Assembly (NCBI GenBank): GCA_038153405.1
Contig: JAYOYH010000057.1
Location: 1-28,343 of the forward strand
Reading direction: 5' to 3'
DNA: 28,343 nt
Source: Gemmatimonadota bacterium
GTDB taxonomy: Bacteria; Latescibacterota; UBA2968; UBA8231
Shown: one piece after another, positions 26,079 to 28,343 of the stretch
Layout of the letters: each line of letters begins with the position of its first letter
Numbering within the stretch: position 1 is the first letter of the stretch
Position numbers and translations under genes: made by a program
The notes under the pieces: generated by a model
The model's database searches: none
What the model was told of the DNA's origin: nothing
Seen by the model: only the letters and a program-made list of their open reading frames with translations

Positions 26079-26987
26079 GTGGAAATAGAGAAAGTGGCTG
26101 AGGAAAATGCTCTGGTGGGCGAGGGGCCCATTTGGAATGCCGACGAGGGCAAGCTGGTGTGGACCGATATCCATACGGGTCGCCTCTTTGCCTACGATCC
26201 GGCAACGGGTGAGAACCGGCAGATCCACAGCGGGTTTAACGTCGGTGGTCTCATGCAAAATGCCGGGGGCGGCTATGCTTGCTTTATATGGGATGGCGTA
26301 GTGCTGTGGAAGTCGGACGAGGAGTGGGCACGCGTGCAGCCGGAGGCATACCAAGGCCAACCGCTGCGCTTTAACGACGTGATTGCCGCTCCCGATGGAT
26401 CGGCCTTTGGCGGCACCTACTTCCCCGAAGAGAAGGGTCGCCTGTATCGGGTTGGCACCGATGGGTCGTTGCAGATTGTCGAAGAGGGCATCGGCTGCTC
26501 AAATGGCATGGGATTTTCGCCCGATCAGAAGACCATGTATCACACCGATGCGCTGGCGCGCGAAATCTATGCCTACGATTTCGATGCCGCCACTTCGGGC
26601 CTGTCCAACCGCCGGCTCTTTGTCAAGGTCGGGGCCGAGGACGGCGTGCCCGACGGCATGACGGTCGATGCCGACGGCTATGTGTGGAGCGCCAACTGGT
26701 TTGGCGGCTGCATCATCCGCTTTGATCCAGACGGCCGGGAAGAGCGCCGCATCGCCACCCCGGCCAAGCAGACCTCCAGCGTGATGTTTGGCGGCCGCGA
26801 CTTCGACGAATTGTACTTTACGACGGCGGCTTTTGACTGCCCACCGGGCAGCGATCTCGATCCACTCGGCTATGACTGGGACGACTACAGGACTAGCTAC
26901 CGCGGCGGGGGCCTTTTTCGCGTGCGTGGGTTGGGCATCGAGGGCAAAGCCGAGTTCAAGTCGAACTTCGACTGGCCGGAGGGCTGA
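26079..26987 (+). CDS. SMP-30/gluconolactonase/LRE-family protein (sugar lactonase-like)
   Basis: GEGPIW, WTDI, RFND, SNGMGFSPD, PDGMTVDADG, FGGRDFDELYFTTA. Confidence 0.93.
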   Translation: MEIEKVAEENALVGEGPIWNADEGKLVWTDIHTGRLFAYDPATGENRQIHSGFNVGGLMQNAGGGYACFIWDGVVLWKSDEEWARVQPEAYQGQPLRFNDVIAAPDGSAFGGTYFPEEKGRLYRVGTDGSLQIVEEGIGCSNGMGFSPDQKTMYHTDALAREIYAYDFDAATSGLSNRRLFVKVGAEDGVPDGMTVDADGYVWSANWFGGCIIRFDPDGREERRIATPAKQTSSVMFGGRDFDELYFTTAAFDCPPGSDLDPLGYDWDDYRTSYRGGGLFRVRGLGIEGKAEFKSNFDWPEG

Positions 26988-27676
26988 TGGGCGATGCCCC
27001 CGGTGGGGAGCAGTGGCGGCTCGGAGCGCCGGTTGCCCCCACCCAGGAGCGCGTTCCCATGCGAAAGGGTCTGGTCGGGCGCTACGTGGAACTGGCCGAA
27101 CTGCACCCGGCTGCCGATGCCGCCGCCCTCTTTGCACTGACCCACGGCGACGAGGAGGGCGAGCGCGTATGGACCTATATGCCGTATGGACCTTTTGTCG
27201 ATGAGGGCGCCATGCGGCGCTGGATGGAGGACTGCGCGCGGTCGACGGATCCGCTGTTCTTTGCGGTGCGCGCGCGGTCAAGGGGCACGCCGCTGGGCAT
27301 GGTGAGTTTTTTGAATATCGTCCCGGCGCATCGCCGGGTAGAAGTCGGACACCTATGGTATGCGCCGCCAGCGCAGCGCACGCGCGCCAATACGGAGGCG
27401 GTCTACCTACTGCTATGCGAGGCGTTTGATGCTCTGCGCTACCGCCGCGTCGAGTGGAAGTGCGACGCGCTCAACGACAAATCGCGCGCTGCCGCTCAGC
27501 GGCTGGGTTTTCGATACGAGGGTCTTTTTCGCCAGCACATCGTCGTCAAGGGGCGCAATCGCGATACGGCTTGGTTTGCCATGCTCGACGGCGAATGGGG
27601 CGCAGGGCGGCGGCGGTTAGAGCAGTGGCTCTATGCAAACGATGACTGTTCGCTTTCGCTAACTGCGCTGCCGTAG
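26987..27676 (+). CDS. GNAT-family N-acetyltransferase (RimJ/RimL-like)
   Basis: WTYMPYGPF, EVGHLWY, QRTRANTEA, YRRVEWKCDALN, RLGFRYEGLFRQH, KGRNRDTAWF; TGATG coupling to the upstream gene. Confidence 0.92.
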   Translation: MGDAPGGEQWRLGAPVAPTQERVPMRKGLVGRYVELAELHPAADAAALFALTHGDEEGERVWTYMPYGPFVDEGAMRRWMEDCARSTDPLFFAVRARSRGTPLGMVSFLNIVPAHRRVEVGHLWYAPPAQRTRANTEAVYLLLCEAFDALRYRRVEWKCDALNDKSRAAAQRLGFRYEGLFRQHIVVKGRNRDTAWFAMLDGEWGAGRRRLEQWLYANDDCSLSLTALP

Positions 27677-27688
27677 GGGCATGGGGGA

Positions 27689-27718
27689 TTGCTCGCAGTC
27701 CCGTCGCTTGCGTAGATT
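27689..27718 (+). promoter_or_regulatory. Possible promoter for the ABC binding protein gene
   Basis: TTGCTC, 18-nt spacer, TAGATT upstream of the GGGAGG RBS. Confidence 0.3.
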
Positions 27719-27747
27719 GATCGCGCCTGTTTTCAAGGGAGGACACC

Positions 27748-28343
27748 ATGGTAAGAGCAACGCAATGCGCCGTTTTACTGCTTCTTTGTTTGGCGTGGTC
27801 AACCGCCGCCATAGCAGGGGACAAGATCACTATTTGGTGGGCTCAGTGGGAGCCGGCTGTCGCCCTGCAGGAATTGGGCAATGAGTTCGAGAAGGAGACG
27901 GGGATCGCCGTCGAGGTAAAGCAGATCCCCTGGCCTTCCTATCAGGATCAGGTCTTTCTCAACTTCGGAAACAACCGGACGGATTTTGACATCGTCATCG
28001 GCGATAGTCAGTGGATTGGTCGCGGCGCCACCAAGGGGCTCTACCTCGAATTGACGGATTGGTTGCCCTCGGCAGTGGATATCTCGACGATCCATCCGCG
28101 CGCGGCGCGCTACTTGTGCGAATATCCACCCGGCAGCGGCAAGTTCTTTGCAGCGCCCTGCGAGACGGATGCCATTGGCTTTGTCTATCGCCGCGACTGG
28201 TTTGAGGACGAGGGCGAGCGCGCCGCCTTCGAGGCGCGCTACGGTCGCCAGCTGGCGCCGCCCGACACCTGGCAGGAGTTTCGCGATGTGGCCGAGTTTT
28301 TTCATCGCCCGGAGCAAAAGCGCTACGGCACGTCGCTGCTGAC
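27748..28343 (+). CDS. Sugar ABC transporter substrate-binding protein (partial, runs off window end; absent from ORF track)
   Basis: GGGAGG RBS and ATG 27748: MVRATQCAVLLLLCLAWSTAAIAG (signal peptide) DKITIWWAQWEPAVALQELGNEFEKETGIAVEV...FDIVIGDSQW...YRRDWFE...APPDTWQEFRDVAEFF. Confidence 0.9.
   Translation, partial: MVRATQCAVLLLLCLAWSTAAIAGDKITIWWAQWEPAVALQELGNEFEKETGIAVEVKQIPWPSYQDQVFLNFGNNRTDFDIVIGDSQWIGRGATKGLYLELTDWLPSAVDISTIHPRAARYLCEYPPGSGKFFAAPCETDAIGFVYRRDWFEDEGERAAFEARYGRQLAPPDTWQEFRDVAEFFHRPEQKRYGTSLL

Noticed and set aside
9590..28317. Long antisense and alternate-frame ORFs (e.g. 9590-10330, 14198-15175, 15410-16174, 26499-27281, 27799-28317)
   Set aside because: Shadow ORFs of well-supported genes in high-GC sequence, with no motifs or RBS.

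Overview
Bacterial, GC-rich chromosomal window with two blocks. Left (1-~7320) is a partly decayed metal-resistance island: an intact czcCBA-type HME-RND efflux operon (- strand) whose adaptor subunit has an unusual His-rich and repeated C-x2-H-x6-C-x2-C N-terminal extension. Three damaged genes, not resolved by the ORF track, surround it: a disrupted CorE/ECF44-like Cys-rich ECF sigma factor (1-292), a small secreted-type leader ORF split by an in-frame TGA (6489-6899), and a frameshifted 3' remnant of a P1B (CopA-like) ATPase (~6990-7232). Right (7453-end) holds a stand-alone ExeA-type ATPase, a MauE/DoxX-thioredoxin membrane protein, and a long run of carbohydrate-catabolism-type genes: two DegT-family aminotransferases, a degenerate cupin-like protein, Gfo/Idh/MocA, two large uncharacterised proteins, a sulfatase, an enolase-superfamily dehydratase, SDR, aldo/keto reductase, UxuA-like dehydratase, SMP-30 lactonase and a sugar ABC binding protein. 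It also carries a PabB-PabC fusion, a 4-TM holin-family protein and two GNATs. No rRNA, tRNA, CRISPR or transposase was seen. All family calls come from motif recognition by eye, not from database searches.
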